A stretch of 24,000 bases of DNA from Roseofilum reptotaenium CS-1145 (GCF_028330985.1 NZ_JAQMUE010000030.1:33704-57703); one strand, 5' to 3'. Counted from the first letter of the stretch, positions 7,414-17,484 are shown. The notes: generated from the letters alone by a model not told the origin. Numbers and translations are program-made.

Positions 7414-8067
7414 ATGTCACTGGTGATTCTGGTTGTTGAAGATGATTTGGGAACACGCCTCGCTATTCAAGACTATTTAGAACAGGGGGGCTATTCGGTG
7501 ATCCTAGCGGCACATGGAAAAGAAGCCCTGCAACAGGTTGAACAATATCATCCCTATTTAATCGTCACAGATATTGCCATGCCCTTGATGGATGGCTATG
7601 AATTGGTGCGACAAATCCGTAAAAAACCTGAATTTCGTCTTTTACCTGTAGTTTTCTTGACGGCTCGCACTGCCATGGAAGACCGCATTCGCGGCTATCA
7701 GCTAGGATGTGATGTTTATTTACCTAAACCCTTTGAACTCGAAGAGCTAGGGGCAGTGGTGCGGAATTTAATCGAACGCTATTCGTTAATGATGCAGGCA
7801 ACGTCTAAAGCCCCTAATCTAGCACTTCCTTCTCCTCCAGAACCAGCGATCCAAAAGGTTATGTCTTCCGATCTGGCTCTGACAGAACGAGAATGGGATG
7901 TGTTGCATTTACTCACCAGTGGCTTATCCAATGTACAAATTGGCCAGAGTTTACACCTGAGTCCACGAACGATTGAAAAATATGTGAGTAGCTTATTGCG
8001 CAAAACCTTAACCAATAACCGAGCGGAATTGGTTCACTATGCCATGCAACACCGGTTGATTGAATAG
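7414..8067 (+). CDS. Response regulator, NarL/LuxR family (REC plus LuxR-type HTH)
   Basis: Receiver signature VVEDD...IVTDIAMPLMDG...FLTAR...YLPKPF. C-terminal LTEREWDVLHLLTSGLSNVQIGQSLHLSPRTIEKYVSSLLRK is a LuxR/GerE HTH. No histidine kinase is adjacent. Confidence 0.9.
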   Translation: MSLVILVVEDDLGTRLAIQDYLEQGGYSVILAAHGKEALQQVEQYHPYLIVTDIAMPLMDGYELVRQIRKKPEFRLLPVVFLTARTAMEDRIRGYQLGCDVYLPKPFELEELGAVVRNLIERYSLMMQATSKAPNLALPSPPEPAIQKVMSSDLALTEREWDVLHLLTSGLSNVQIGQSLHLSPRTIEKYVSSLLRKTLTNNRAELVHYAMQHRLIE

Positions 8068-8130
8068 GGGGTACTTTGCGCTAGGGAGTAGTGAGGATGG
8101 GGAGACACTCCAGACATGGAGAATTAGGGA
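8068..8130 (+). repeat. Copy of the dispersed GGGGA/GGAGA-word intergenic repeat
   Basis: CGCTAGGGAGTAG (8079-8091) is identical to 4079-4091. GATGGGGAGAC (8096-8106) is identical to 19414-19424. It fills the whole spacer between convergent genes. Confidence 0.5.
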
Positions 8131-8613
8131 TTACCCATAATTTTTAATTATTGATTCAGATAACAATCCCTCACAAGCATCCATAAGCAAATCAATCACT
8201 TGATTAAACCCTTCTGGACCACCATAATAGGGGTCTGGAACTTCAGAAATATTGGGGTGACGAGTGCAGAACTCACACATTAAGCGCACTTTATCTTTGT
8301 AGCGATCGCCCTCGTCTAAATACAGAATATTACGATAGTTTTCCTTGTCCATTGCCAGGATCAAGTCAAATTCTTCAAAGTCTTCCTTCTTGAACTGACG
8401 CGCTCTTCCCTTAAGCTCAATGCCTTGTTCCGCTGCTGCGGCTGCCATTCTTCGGTCTGGATAGCTGCCAATATGATAGGCACTTGTGCCAGCCGAATCA
8501 CAAACCATTTTCTCTTCTAAACCCTGTTGGGCGATCAAATGATTCATGATATTCTCGGCAGAAGGCGATCGACAAATATTGCCTAGACAAACAAATAACA
8601 GCTTATACGGCAT
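8131..8613 (-). CDS. Low-molecular-weight protein-tyrosine phosphatase
   Basis: P-loop LLFVCLGNICRSP (CX5R-S) near the N-terminus and the DPYYG acid loop (VPDPYYGG). The internal ATG at 8613 (MPYKLLFVC) fits family length better than the track start at 8646. Confidence 0.88.
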   Translation of the reverse strand: MPYKLLFVCLGNICRSPSAENIMNHLIAQQGLEEKMVCDSAGTSAYHIGSYPDRRMAAAAAEQGIELKGRARQFKKEDFEEFDLILAMDKENYRNILYLDEGDRYKDKVRLMCEFCTRHPNISEVPDPYYGGPEGFNQVIDLLMDACEGLLSESIIKNYG

Positions 8614-8710
8614 TCTCTTTACAGCAGTTCTATCGAGTAACGACAAAAGGGGGTTATGGCGATCTGTTCCCTCGAAGATCCCAGAGCCATCAACCCCTAA
8701 TGGAAAATTA

Positions 8711-9055
8711 TCACATGCCCGGCAGATTTAAACCTTCCGTCAAAGCTTCCATCCTTTCTTTCATAGTCGTTGTAGACTTATTGTAAGCATCCTTCATCGC
8801 TGCGGTAACCAAGTCTGAGACCACATCCGCCCCTTCTCCCAAAACTTCAGGGGCAATGGTTACGCGCTGGGGATTTTGGTTGCCATTCATGACAACTTTG
8901 ACAAGTCCACCGCCCGCTTCACCCTCAACTTCGAGTTGCTCTAGCTCTTCTTGGAGTTGCTTTGCGCCCTCTTGAACCTGTTGAGCTTTCTTGAATGCTT
9001 CGGTCAGCTCTTTCATTTTTCCTAAACCGAAGCCAAATCCCTGTCCTTTTGACAT
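8711..9055 (-). CDS. ybaB: YbaB/EbfC-family nucleoid-associated protein
   Basis: 114 aa with [24 protein letters not shown]...[13 protein letters not shown]....V.I.PEVL...D...LEDLV.AA, the pattern typical of YbaB. Confidence 0.9.
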   Translation of the reverse strand: MSKGQGFGFGLGKMKELTEAFKKAQQVQEGAKQLQEELEQLEVEGEAGGGLVKVVMNGNQNPQRVTIAPEVLGEGADVVSDLVTAAMKDAYNKSTTTMKERMEALTEGLNLPGM

Positions 9056-9188
9056 AATTGATTACTCTAATGGTGGTTGTTCTGCTTTCCTACGCTATTC
9101 TACCCACAGTTGGCTCAGGCATAACCAAAACCGACCTAAAAAACTTGAGTTTGGCCGAGTTGGAACCTAAACCCCTGGGGGCTTTCCA

Positions 9189-10175
9189 TTACTGGTTAAA
9201 ATTTCCTACAATTTTCACTTCGGGTTTCAATCGGATCGACCATCGCCGATCTACTTGTTCCTGAACATAGTGAATCAACTGATAAATATCACTGGCTGTT
9301 GCCCGGCCACAGTTGAGGATAAAGTTGGCATGGAGTTCAGAAACTTGTGCATCTCCAATTTTATAGCCCTTCAACCCAGCTTGTTCAATCAGTCGAGCTG
9401 CTTTTTGGGGTTCAGGATTGCGGAATACACTACCACAACTGGGTAGGTGATAGGGTTGGGTGGCGTGACGTTGATGGAGATGGGTATTGGTGGTTGTGAT
9501 GATGGCTTGGGGATCGTGGGTGGGCTTGAGTTGAAATCGAGCCTGAGTTACGGTGTAGTTAGATCCTTGTAGGATAGAGCTGCGGTAACTATATTCCAGG
9601 TCAGCTTTCATCAAGGTTTGGTGAACTCCATTACCAGCGATCACTTGAATATCCGTGAGGATATCGGCCATACAGCTTTTGTGGGCCCCAGCATTCATGA
9701 CTACCGCGCCACCGACAGTTCCTGGAATCCCGATCGCCCATTCAAGTCCAGACCACCCTCGACGAGCCACTTGTCGAGCTAGATAGGCTAAGGATACTCC
9801 CGCATCTACCCTCACTTGGGCGTTTTGGTCATCATACTCAATATTCCGCAGGTTGCGAGTCCCGATTACCAGTCCAGGTAATCCATCATCACTGATTAAT
9901 AGGTTTGATCCTGCCCCAATTGTAGTTACAGGTAGGGATTTGCTTTTCGCCCAAGCTAAACTCGTGAGTAATTCTGATTCTGATTGAGGAGCTACATACC
10001 ATTGAGCTGGCCCACCCACGCGAAATGAGGTTAACCCAGCTAGGGACACATGGCTTTGAATCATACTCGGTTGAGCAATCATAACCTCTGTCGGTTTAAG
10101 TTTCATGCCTTCAGGAGAAATCTGAGTGAGGCCACAAGCACTTTTGAGTTTAGGGGGATCGTAGGAAATTGTCAT
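9189..10175 (-). CDS. murB: UDP-N-acetylenolpyruvoylglucosamine reductase
   Basis: FAD-binding FRVGGPAQWY, IGAGSNLL, GIPGTVGGAVVMNAGA, C-terminal PSCGSVFRNP and GDAQVSELHANF. Lies 55 bp downstream of murC on the same strand. Confidence 0.93.
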   Translation of the reverse strand: MTISYDPPKLKSACGLTQISPEGMKLKPTEVMIAQPSMIQSHVSLAGLTSFRVGGPAQWYVAPQSESELLTSLAWAKSKSLPVTTIGAGSNLLISDDGLPGLVIGTRNLRNIEYDDQNAQVRVDAGVSLAYLARQVARRGWSGLEWAIGIPGTVGGAVVMNAGAHKSCMADILTDIQVIAGNGVHQTLMKADLEYSYRSSILQGSNYTVTQARFQLKPTHDPQAIITTTNTHLHQRHATQPYHLPSCGSVFRNPEPQKAARLIEQAGLKGYKIGDAQVSELHANFILNCGRATASDIYQLIHYVQEQVDRRWSIRLKPEVKIVGNFNQ

Positions 10176-10230
10176 TGGTTTTCATCAATGGTGTATGGGC
10201 AGGTGGAGGAAGTGAAGAGAATGTGAAGCT

Positions 10231-11688
10231 TTACGCTGAATGAGTGATGAGTTTGGGAATGATTTGGTTTAAGTTCCCGGCTCCGAGAAAAACAGCATAA
10301 TCTCCAGGTTGTAAGTGGGCGACCAAATAGTTTTCAACGTCTTTGAGGGTGGGTTGATAGGAGACTCGATCGTGATATTCACCGATGACCTGAGCTACAG
10401 TTTCACCCTGGAAGCGGTCTAAATTGGCTTCTCCTGCACTATAGACATCTGTTACCACCACTTGATTGGCTTGTCCGAAGGATTGGGCAAATTCAGTCAG
10501 AAACATTTGGGTTCGACTGTAGCGGTGGGGTTGGAAGATAGCGATGACGCGTTGGTCTTTGGCTCTTAGACTAGCTGCGGCTAAAGTGGCTTGAATTTCA
10601 CTTGGATGGTGAGCATAGTCATCAATGAGCATACTGCCCTTAAATTCTCCTCGGTATTCAAAGCGCCGTTTTGCTCCCTCAAAAGAGGACAGGGCCTCCT
10701 GAAGGGTGGAAAATGGGATTCCTAAATAACGAGCTACGGCGATCGCCGCCAGTGCGTTGCTAAGATTGTGCTGGCCCAATAGGGGAATTTCAATCTCCCC
10801 TAACAACTGACCTCGCTCCCATACCCTCGCCTGGGTTCCTTGGGAGGTATAGATAATTCGATCGACGCTGTACGCTGCCCCTGACTCTAAATTTAAGCTA
10901 TAGCTAATGGTTGGATGGATGCGATCGCGCACAATTGGACAATCGATGCATCCCACTAATGTTTTACACTGTTTCTTGAATCTTTCAAAGGTTTCAATGA
11001 CCTGATCGAGACTTTGGTAATGATCTGGGTGATCCAATTCTATATTGGTAACGACTCCAATTTCTGCTGCAATTTTAACCAGAGAACCATCGGATTCATC
11101 CGCTTCTGCGACTAAAAATTCTCCTTGGCCAAATCGTGCATTGCCTTCCCAGGCCTTTACTTCTCCGCCAATGATAATGGTAGGATCTAACGCGGCTCGA
11201 AGTAAGAGATAACCGATTAAACTACTGGTGGTGGTTTTACCATGGGTTCCGGCAACGGCTACACTGCGATAGTCTTGGATGAGGGCGGCAAGAACATCAG
11301 ATCGATGAAAAATGGGACAGCCTAATTCTAGGGCTGCTTTATATTCTGCGTTATTGGTATTGATGGCAGTTGAGCAAATGACTTGGGGTAGGTGCCCGTT
11401 CCTGTTGTCGCTCGAATTTCTCTCTTTCAGAGCTGTGGCGATCGCTTTTCCTTGCTCTGAGGAGCGATCGGTCACAGAATGATAGATCTCCAAGTTTTTG
11501 CCTTCTTGAGAGCCAAAAATCTGAGTTCCTATTTCCTGTAACCTTTCGGTAATATGGGATAAGCGGATGTCTGAACCCGACACTGGTAGGTTCCGTTTAG
11601 CTAGTATATACGCTAAAGCTGACATTCCAATCCCCCCTATTCCTATAAAATGGAACGGTTTGCCGCCAAAGTCTATCGAACTTAGCAT
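10231..11688 (-). CDS. murC: UDP-N-acetylmuramate--L-alanine ligase
   Basis: FHFIGIGGIGMSALA Rossmann motif, GTHGKTTTSS P-loop, DDYAHHP. The second ATG at 11688 (MLSSIDFGGKPFHF) is preferred over 11718. Confidence 0.93.
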   Translation of the reverse strand: MLSSIDFGGKPFHFIGIGGIGMSALAYILAKRNLPVSGSDIRLSHITERLQEIGTQIFGSQEGKNLEIYHSVTDRSSEQGKAIATALKERNSSDNRNGHLPQVICSTAINTNNAEYKAALELGCPIFHRSDVLAALIQDYRSVAVAGTHGKTTTSSLIGYLLLRAALDPTIIIGGEVKAWEGNARFGQGEFLVAEADESDGSLVKIAAEIGVVTNIELDHPDHYQSLDQVIETFERFKKQCKTLVGCIDCPIVRDRIHPTISYSLNLESGAAYSVDRIIYTSQGTQARVWERGQLLGEIEIPLLGQHNLSNALAAIAVARYLGIPFSTLQEALSSFEGAKRRFEYRGEFKGSMLIDDYAHHPSEIQATLAAASLRAKDQRVIAIFQPHRYSRTQMFLTEFAQSFGQANQVVVTDVYSAGEANLDRFQGETVAQVIGEYHDRVSYQPTLKDVENYLVAHLQPGDYAVFLGAGNLNQIIPKLITHSA

Positions 11689-12359
11689 TTTTTTCCTCAC
11701 ACACCACACCAATAACACGCGATATCATATTTCAGTATTTGCTTTCATGGCAATACTATGCCACAAAATCTCCAATCAGTTCTTGAGAATGACCTTGGGT
11801 TTCTCATACCGGGTTGATTTCTCTACAAAAGATAGACTTGTTTCGGTTTTCATGACTTTTGTGATATGATGATAGGCTTTTATCTTGTTTTTCTCTAGCG
11901 GTTCATCAAGTTCCGGAAATTAAACCTCATCTTCTCAAGAACTCGGTGCCCTTTTATGGTATCTTCAGATCGAACAGGCTTCCTTATGCTCAGGAAGCTC
12001 ACTCAATTCTGGAAGGTTTTCTAGAGTAGAGGATCAATACCAGAAGCTGGCTCAGGTTAGCAATGCTCCATTGGACTTAAGTTTGGGATCGCTTAAGTAG
12101 ATTTCCTTCATCGGTGGGTGGCGATCTCCAGCGATCGCCCCAAAGTTGAGTAGTGTTTTCTACTGAGTTTCGGGGGTCAATCCGGAAAAAAAATATCCAT
12201 TACGATCCCAAATCCGGATCTCCTGATTAAGGAAAATGAGAGCAAATTCTGTAGAGCAATCAAACTTGATGGGCCTTGTTCCTGTCGGTTTAACGTCAAA
12301 ATAAACATTCAGCAATTCGCTTAAAAATACTTGGTTGAAGAAATAGAGGGCAAGACGAA

Positions 12360-13376
12360 GTGATTAGAGTAGCAATTAACGGTTTTGGTCGGATTGGACG
12401 GAACTTCATGCGGTGCTGGGCAGGCAGAGAAAACAGCAACTTGGAAGTTGTGGGTATTAATGATACTTCCGATCCGAGAACAAACGCCCATTTGCTCAAA
12501 TATGACTCCATGTTGGGCACGTTTGATGCAGATATATCGGCGGACGAAAATTCCTTAACGGTCAATGGAAAAACAGTAAAATGTGTTTCCGATCGCAACC
12601 CCCTAAACTTACCCTGGGCAGAATGGGGAGTGGATTTAATTATTGAATCCACAGGTGTATTTGTGACGGAAGAAGGAGCATCTAAGCATTTACAAGCGGG
12701 TGCGAAAAAAGTTCTGATTACGGCTCCCGGAAAAGGAGGACATATCGGAACTTTTGTCGTGGGAGTTAACGATGCACAATATCGGCATGAAGACTATAAA
12801 GTTGTGAGTAATGCCAGTTGTACCACCAACTGTTTAGCTCCGTTTGCCAAGGTTCTCCATGAGAAATTTAGCATTATCAAGGGAACCATGACCACCACCC
12901 ATAGTTATACGGGTGACCAACGCCTGCTAGATGCCTCTCACCGGGATGTGCGTCGCGCTAGAGCTGCTGCTCTGAATATTGTTCCCACCTCTACCGGAGC
13001 AGCTAAAGCGGTAGCTCTGGTCATTCCTGAATTAAAAGGAAAGCTCAATGGAATTGCTATGCGGGTTCCCACTCCCAACGTATCTGTTGTAGATTTAGTG
13101 GTTCAAGTAGAGAAAAAGACCTTTGTAGAAGAGGTCAACGAAGTGCTGCAAGAAGCGGCTGAAGGCCCCCTGAAAGGCATTCTCGAATATAGCGATCTAC
13201 CCTTAGTCTCCTGTGATTATCGCGGTCATGATGCATCTTCTATTGTGGATGCCAGCTTAACCATGGTCATGGATGGCGATATGGTCAAAGTAATTGCTTG
13301 GTATGACAATGAGTGGGGCTATTCTCAGCGAGTTGTAGATTTAGCTGAAGTGGTAGCTAAGAATTGGCAAGCCTAG
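12360..13376 (+). CDS. gap2: Glyceraldehyde-3-phosphate dehydrogenase, type I, Calvin-cycle NAD(P)-dependent form
   Basis: GTG start. [25 protein letters not shown] active site, WYDNEWGYS. The N-terminal half closely resembles my recollection of cyanobacterial Gap2 (sll1342-like): [25 protein letters not shown]. Confidence 0.95.
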   Translation: MIRVAINGFGRIGRNFMRCWAGRENSNLEVVGINDTSDPRTNAHLLKYDSMLGTFDADISADENSLTVNGKTVKCVSDRNPLNLPWAEWGVDLIIESTGVFVTEEGASKHLQAGAKKVLITAPGKGGHIGTFVVGVNDAQYRHEDYKVVSNASCTTNCLAPFAKVLHEKFSIIKGTMTTTHSYTGDQRLLDASHRDVRRARAAALNIVPTSTGAAKAVALVIPELKGKLNGIAMRVPTPNVSVVDLVVQVEKKTFVEEVNEVLQEAAEGPLKGILEYSDLPLVSCDYRGHDASSIVDASLTMVMDGDMVKVIAWYDNEWGYSQRVVDLAEVVAKNWQA

Positions 13377-13446
13377 AGTACTAGAGAGTCGGGTTGTACT
13401 AGCTCAAAGGCAATAGATTAAGATTGATACCATCATGATTGGTCTA

Positions 13447-13479
13447 TTGTAGTGGTGGGTTTGAAATCCACCACTACAA
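13447..13479. terminator. 12-bp stem hairpin between convergent gap2 and the ferredoxin-like gene
   Basis: TTGTAGTGGTGG (13447-13458), loop GTTTGAAAT, CCACCACTACAA (13468-13479). The complement is perfect. Confidence 0.55.
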
Positions 13480-13510
13480 CCCGGTCTCATTGTTCATTGA
13501 ATCCACGATA

Positions 13511-13756
13511 TTACCAAAGTGGATCGCTCTCAAGATTGACGGTGATTTCGTCTGTGCCTGCGGGAACGCCACTAATACAGGCACAGAGATTAGGACCCCC
13601 TAAAATTTCCACTTCGCAAGCATGACAAGACCCCATTAAACACCCTGTGGGAATCGTCACCCCAGCCCGTCGAGCCACTTCTAACAAGGGTTCTCCCACT
13701 TCAGCTTTAACGGTAACCTCATCGGGCAAAAACCGAACGGCGATCGCCTTACCCAT
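13511..13756 (-). CDS. Small 2Fe-2S ferredoxin-like protein
   Basis: 81 aa with plant-type cluster spacing C-x4-C-x2-C (CLMGSCHAC) plus a later Cys pair (CAC). The start codon lies 30 bp downstream of the cobQ stop on the same strand. Confidence 0.75.
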   Translation of the reverse strand: MGKAIAVRFLPDEVTVKAEVGEPLLEVARRAGVTIPTGCLMGSCHACEVEILGGPNLCACISGVPAGTDEITVNLESDPLW

Positions 13757-13786
13757 TATTTTCTCCTCAACTGTAAACCGGACAAA

Positions 13787-15259
13787 TTATGAAAGAAGCG
13801 GCCGAATATTCAAATATTCTGCCACTTGATCGCTGAGAATATCTAACACGAATTCTCGCTGTTCCCGATAATTGGGAACCCCTGTAGGCAATGCTAACAA
13901 ACCTCGCTGCTTGCGCAACCGATTTAACCACATCCTTCGCCAGGGACCATTATCAAAAATGCCATGTAAATAGGTTCCCCAAATGCCTTGATTCCGATCG
14001 ACCATCCCCAAGGATTGATCGTCAAACAAATAATAGTAACCGTCATCAGAGAGTACACTGGTGCGTCCTTGATGAATTTCAAATCCAGTAATGGGTAATC
14101 CTTCTTCAGGATAGTGGGAAGTCACGGATCGCTGGCGAGCAACTTTTTTGCCGAAAAGTACGGTTTGAATAGGCAATAAATCCAAACCTAGATACCGACC
14201 TTCTTCCCCTTCAAAGCCTTCCGGATCGGCAATCATTTTACCTAGCATTTGAAAGCCACCACAAATGCCCAATAGGGTTCCACCACTAGCGGCATAATCC
14301 TGTAACTCTTGGGCCATACCACTTTTGCGCAACGCCATCAAATCAGAGATGGTTGTCTTAGAACCCGGAATAATCACTGCATCTGGATATCCCAAGGACT
14401 CATGGAGACTCACATATTTGATCTGCACACTGGCTTCTGAATCGAGGGGATCAAAATCGGTAAAATTAGCAATATGGGGTAAGCGTAGCACGGCGATTGT
14501 TAGATCGGCTGACCCTTTGGATTTTCCCCCATCTCGTTCGAGTAAACTAAGGGAATCTTCTGCTGGAAAGGCCATATCTAACCAAGGAATCACCCCTAAA
14601 ACGGGAATTCCTGTATAGTTTTCTAACCATTCAACTCCTGATTGCAAAAGGGAGCGCTGACCGCGAAATTTATTGATGACAATTCCCTTAATTAAAGTGC
14701 GCTCTTCGGGTTCGAGTAATTCCAGGGTTCCCACGACATGGGCAAAGGCACCACCGCGATCGATATCGACGACCAAAATTGTAGAGGCGTTTAAATGTTT
14801 GGCCACTCGCATATTGGTTAAATCTCGATGTTTGAGATTAATTTCTGCTGGAGATCCAGCCCCTTCACAGACGACTAAATCAAACTCATAGGATAACTGT
14901 TCTAGGGATTCAGTAATCGCTTCCCATCCCCGATCAAAATAATCTTTATAGTAATTTTCGGCGCTCACTTGTCCCACGGCTTCTCCGAGTAAAATCACTT
15001 GGGAGGTCATGTTACCTTGGGGCTTAAGTAAGATCGGATTCATGGCCACTTGAGGGGGAACTCCAGCCGCCCAAGCTTGTACGGCTTGGGCATAACCAAT
15101 TTCTCCCCCAGTGGGGGTAACATAAGCATTTAAGGCCATATTCTGTCCCTTAAAGGGGGCTAAGTGCCAACCTTGCCGCGTTAAAATCCGACACAGGGCT
15201 GTACATAACATGGATTTTCCTGCGTGGGAGGTTGTGCCCACTACCATAATTGCTTTCAT
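13787..15259 (-). CDS. cobQ: Cobyric acid synthase
   Basis: 490 aa. N-terminal MVVGTTSHAGKS P-loop, CEGAGSPAEINL, and a C-terminal glutamine amidotransferase part with GICGGFQMLG and YLHGIF. Confidence 0.93.
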   Translation of the reverse strand: MKAIMVVGTTSHAGKSMLCTALCRILTRQGWHLAPFKGQNMALNAYVTPTGGEIGYAQAVQAWAAGVPPQVAMNPILLKPQGNMTSQVILLGEAVGQVSAENYYKDYFDRGWEAITESLEQLSYEFDLVVCEGAGSPAEINLKHRDLTNMRVAKHLNASTILVVDIDRGGAFAHVVGTLELLEPEERTLIKGIVINKFRGQRSLLQSGVEWLENYTGIPVLGVIPWLDMAFPAEDSLSLLERDGGKSKGSADLTIAVLRLPHIANFTDFDPLDSEASVQIKYVSLHESLGYPDAVIIPGSKTTISDLMALRKSGMAQELQDYAASGGTLLGICGGFQMLGKMIADPEGFEGEEGRYLGLDLLPIQTVLFGKKVARQRSVTSHYPEEGLPITGFEIHQGRTSVLSDDGYYYLFDDQSLGMVDRNQGIWGTYLHGIFDNGPWRRMWLNRLRKQRGLLALPTGVPNYREQREFVLDILSDQVAEYLNIRPLLS

Positions 15260-15299
15260 AGAAGATTAAATGTATTGAATGGTTAAGGGTTCGTGAGGG

Positions 15300-15713
15300 T
15301 TATCGGAGAAACCAGGGAATCAGTTGATGCAGACGGTTGTAGAGGCGATCGCCGATCGAGACACTCGGAAGGGTTCCGGTTTGCCTCTCCCAGTATTCAA
15401 TTAGTTGACGACCTAAAGGCGTGAGGCGAAAGCGATCCGTAATTCCTTGTCCGTCTACTTCTCGGCGTAAAATACCGACTTGAATGAGCCAGAGGAGGGC
15501 ATCTTCAGCCGCAATTTCGGTGAGGGTGGCGCGGGTATAATGGGCTGTCAATCCGGTTTGAGTGGCGATCTCCGCTAGGGGAATACTGCGGATTTTCAGG
15601 TCAGTAAACAATTGTAGTTGAAATGGGGAACAGCGTAGGGCGAGATCGGCTCGCATCCAGGTTGGGCTATCTTGTTGAGGAACTGGTGAGGGAGAAGAAT
15701 GAACCAATGACAT
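15300..15713 (-). CDS. Conserved hypothetical protein, possibly winged-helix-like, apparently the first gene of the cobQ operon
   Basis: 137-aa ORF with no overlapping alternative, ending 40 bp upstream of the cobQ start on the same strand. I recognise no catalytic motif. Confidence 0.55.
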   Translation of the reverse strand: MSLVHSSPSPVPQQDSPTWMRADLALRCSPFQLQLFTDLKIRSIPLAEIATQTGLTAHYTRATLTEIAAEDALLWLIQVGILRREVDGQGITDRFRLTPLGRQLIEYWERQTGTLPSVSIGDRLYNRLHQLIPWFLR

Positions 15714-15891
15714 AACGATAACAAAAGGTCGAGGAGGAAGGACAAGTAAGAACTCACGATCGCTTATTCTAATCTAGCATGCAGATTTGGCAGATTAGGG
15801 AAGAAGCGATCGCCAGCTCCGTCTCAAAACTTGCAGCAAGGTATTGTAAAATTACAAAAGCAGTTCTTAAGTTAACCCAAAACAATCTCTT

Positions 15892-16335
15892 ATGTCTCTA
15901 TCTGTCGGCACAACTGCCCCAGCATTTACCGCCAAAGATACGAATGGTAATTCGGTTTCCCTCTCTGATTTTTCTGGAAAAACCGTGGTTCTCTATTTCT
16001 ATCCCAAGGATGATACTCCCGGATGTACCAAGGAAGCCCAAAGCTTTAAGGAAGCTTATGGAGAATATCAAGGCAAAGAAATTGTGGTCTTAGGGGTGAG
16101 CATGGATGATGAAGCCTCTCACCAGAAGTTTACCGAAAAATATGGTTTAAACTTTCCTCTCCTGGCTGATACGGATGGCGCACTGACTAAAGCTTACGAT
16201 GTTGAAGGGGGTGGTTATTCTAAGCGGGTGACTTATGTGATTGATGGTTCCGGAAAAATCATCAAGGTGTTTGAAGGTGCTAACCTCAAAACCGCAACCC
16301 ATGCCCAAGATATTTTAGCTGAATTGGGTCTTTAA
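15892..16335 (+). CDS. bcp: Thioredoxin-dependent thiol peroxidase (BCP/PrxQ-type peroxiredoxin)
   Basis: VVLYFYPKDDTPGCTKEA peroxidatic Cys motif. 147 aa. Confidence 0.92.
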   Translation: MSLSVGTTAPAFTAKDTNGNSVSLSDFSGKTVVLYFYPKDDTPGCTKEAQSFKEAYGEYQGKEIVVLGVSMDDEASHQKFTEKYGLNFPLLADTDGALTKAYDVEGGGYSKRVTYVIDGSGKIIKVFEGANLKTATHAQDILAELGL

Positions 16336-16354
16336 TTCTCTTAATTGTTCCTTC

Positions 16355-16403
16355 GTTGTTGAGCTTTAGCCCTAAAATATCCAGAGCGCTAAAGCTCAAC
16401 AAC
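16355..16403 (+). terminator. 16-bp perfect stem hairpin downstream of bcp
   Basis: GTTGTTGAGCTTTAGC (16355-16370) pairs with GCTAAAGCTCAACAAC (16388-16403) around a 17-nt loop. No clear U-tract follows. Confidence 0.55.
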
Positions 16404-16473
16404 AAGAGGTGAAGTCGGGAAAATGCTTACCCTCCTCTATGGTCTTAATAATCTTTAATTAATCTCCTCAAGT

Positions 16474-17484
16474 ATGCAGTTTATCGATCAAGTTGAAGTA
16501 CAAGTAAAGGCTGGAGATGGCGGAGATGGTTTAGTTGCCTTCCGTCGGGAAAAATATGTACCTGCGGGGGGGCCTTCTGGTGGAAATGGAGGCAAAGGGG
16601 GATCGATTATTGTCAGAGCGACCGAGCGGTTGCAAACTTTGTTGGATTTTCGCTACAAACATTTATTTAGAGCCGAAAATGGTAAGCGCGGTGGACCCAA
16701 TAATCGGACGGGAGCTAATGGGGCAGATTTATTTTTAGAAGTTCCTTGTGGAACCGTGATTACGGATGCAGAAACAGGGGAATGGATTGGGGATTTAGTG
16801 GAAAAGGAACAAACATTAGCGATCGCCCAAGGGGGAAAAGGAGGGTTAGGAAATCAGCATTTCTTGAGTAATCGCAATCGCGCCCCCGATTATGCACTTC
16901 CGGGTTTAGAGGGTGAAGAGGGACGGTTTCGTTTTGAGTTAAAACTCTTAGCAGATGTGGGAATTATTGGTTTACCGAATGCAGGAAAATCGACCTTTAT
17001 TTCAGTTGTTTCAGCCGCGCAACCGAAAATTGCTAATTATCCATTTACGACGTTAATTCCTAATTTGGGAGTCGTACGGAAACCGACGGGAGATGGAACC
17101 GTATTTGCAGATATTCCGGGGTTAATTGAAGGGGCAGCAGAAGGGATTGGTTTGGGTCATGATTTCCTACGACATATTGAACGGACGCGGGTTTTATTGC
17201 ACCTGATTGATAGTACAGAACCGGATATTTTTGCGGTCTATAATACGATTCAACAAGAGTTAGTGGCTTATGGGAAAGGGTTGGAAAATCGCCCGCAAGT
17301 CATTGGTTTGAATAAGATGGATGTGGTGGATCAAAGCGAAGATTGGCAGGCGATCGCCCATTCTCTCCAAGAATTTACTGGTTCCCCCGTATTCCTTCTA
17401 TCTGCTGCCACCCAAACTGGCATCCAAGAGATCTTACAAAGGATTTGGCAAATTCTCGAACAGCAACCCCATCCCCTGGAATAA
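16474..17484 (+). CDS. obg: GTPase ObgE/CgtA
   Basis: N-terminal Obg fold with glycine-rich GGDGG/GGNGGKGG/GGKGGLGN repeats. G domain GLPNAGKST, DIPGLIEGA, NKMD. Confidence 0.95.
   Translation: MQFIDQVEVQVKAGDGGDGLVAFRREKYVPAGGPSGGNGGKGGSIIVRATERLQTLLDFRYKHLFRAENGKRGGPNNRTGANGADLFLEVPCGTVITDAETGEWIGDLVEKEQTLAIAQGGKGGLGNQHFLSNRNRAPDYALPGLEGEEGRFRFELKLLADVGIIGLPNAGKSTFISVVSAAQPKIANYPFTTLIPNLGVVRKPTGDGTVFADIPGLIEGAAEGIGLGHDFLRHIERTRVLLHLIDSTEPDIFAVYNTIQQELVAYGKGLENRPQVIGLNKMDVVDQSEDWQAIAHSLQEFTGSPVFLLSAATQTGIQEILQRIWQILEQQPHPLE

Noticed and set aside
4202-8067. AAA+ ATPase, M48 protease and LuxR response regulator as a single three-gene operon or defence system
   Set aside because: A perfect 28-nt palindromic hairpin with a T-tract (6249-6276) and a 184-bp spacer separate the ATPase from the protease. 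That argues for separate transcription units. Same-strand order alone is weak evidence. It is kept only as a neighbourhood-conservation check under the ATPase finding.
12296-12652. 118-aa minus-strand ORF overlapping the gap2 start
   Set aside because: It is antisense to the most conserved part of gap2, has no family resemblance, and extends arbitrarily into the spacer.
13891-14891. Plus-strand ORFs inside cobQ (13891..14091, 14325..14618, 14673..14891)
   Set aside because: They are antisense shadows of a well-supported 490-aa cobQ frame.
15260-15891. Cobalamin riboswitch upstream of the cobQ transcription unit
   Set aside because: I could not find a B12-box-like element. The 15714-15891 leader is short and AT-rich. 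Without a covariance-model scan no claim can be made.
15779-16093. 104-aa plus-strand ORF overlapping the bcp start
   Set aside because: It is out of frame with, and overlaps, the strongly supported peroxiredoxin gene. Its 5' half is the divergent promoter region.
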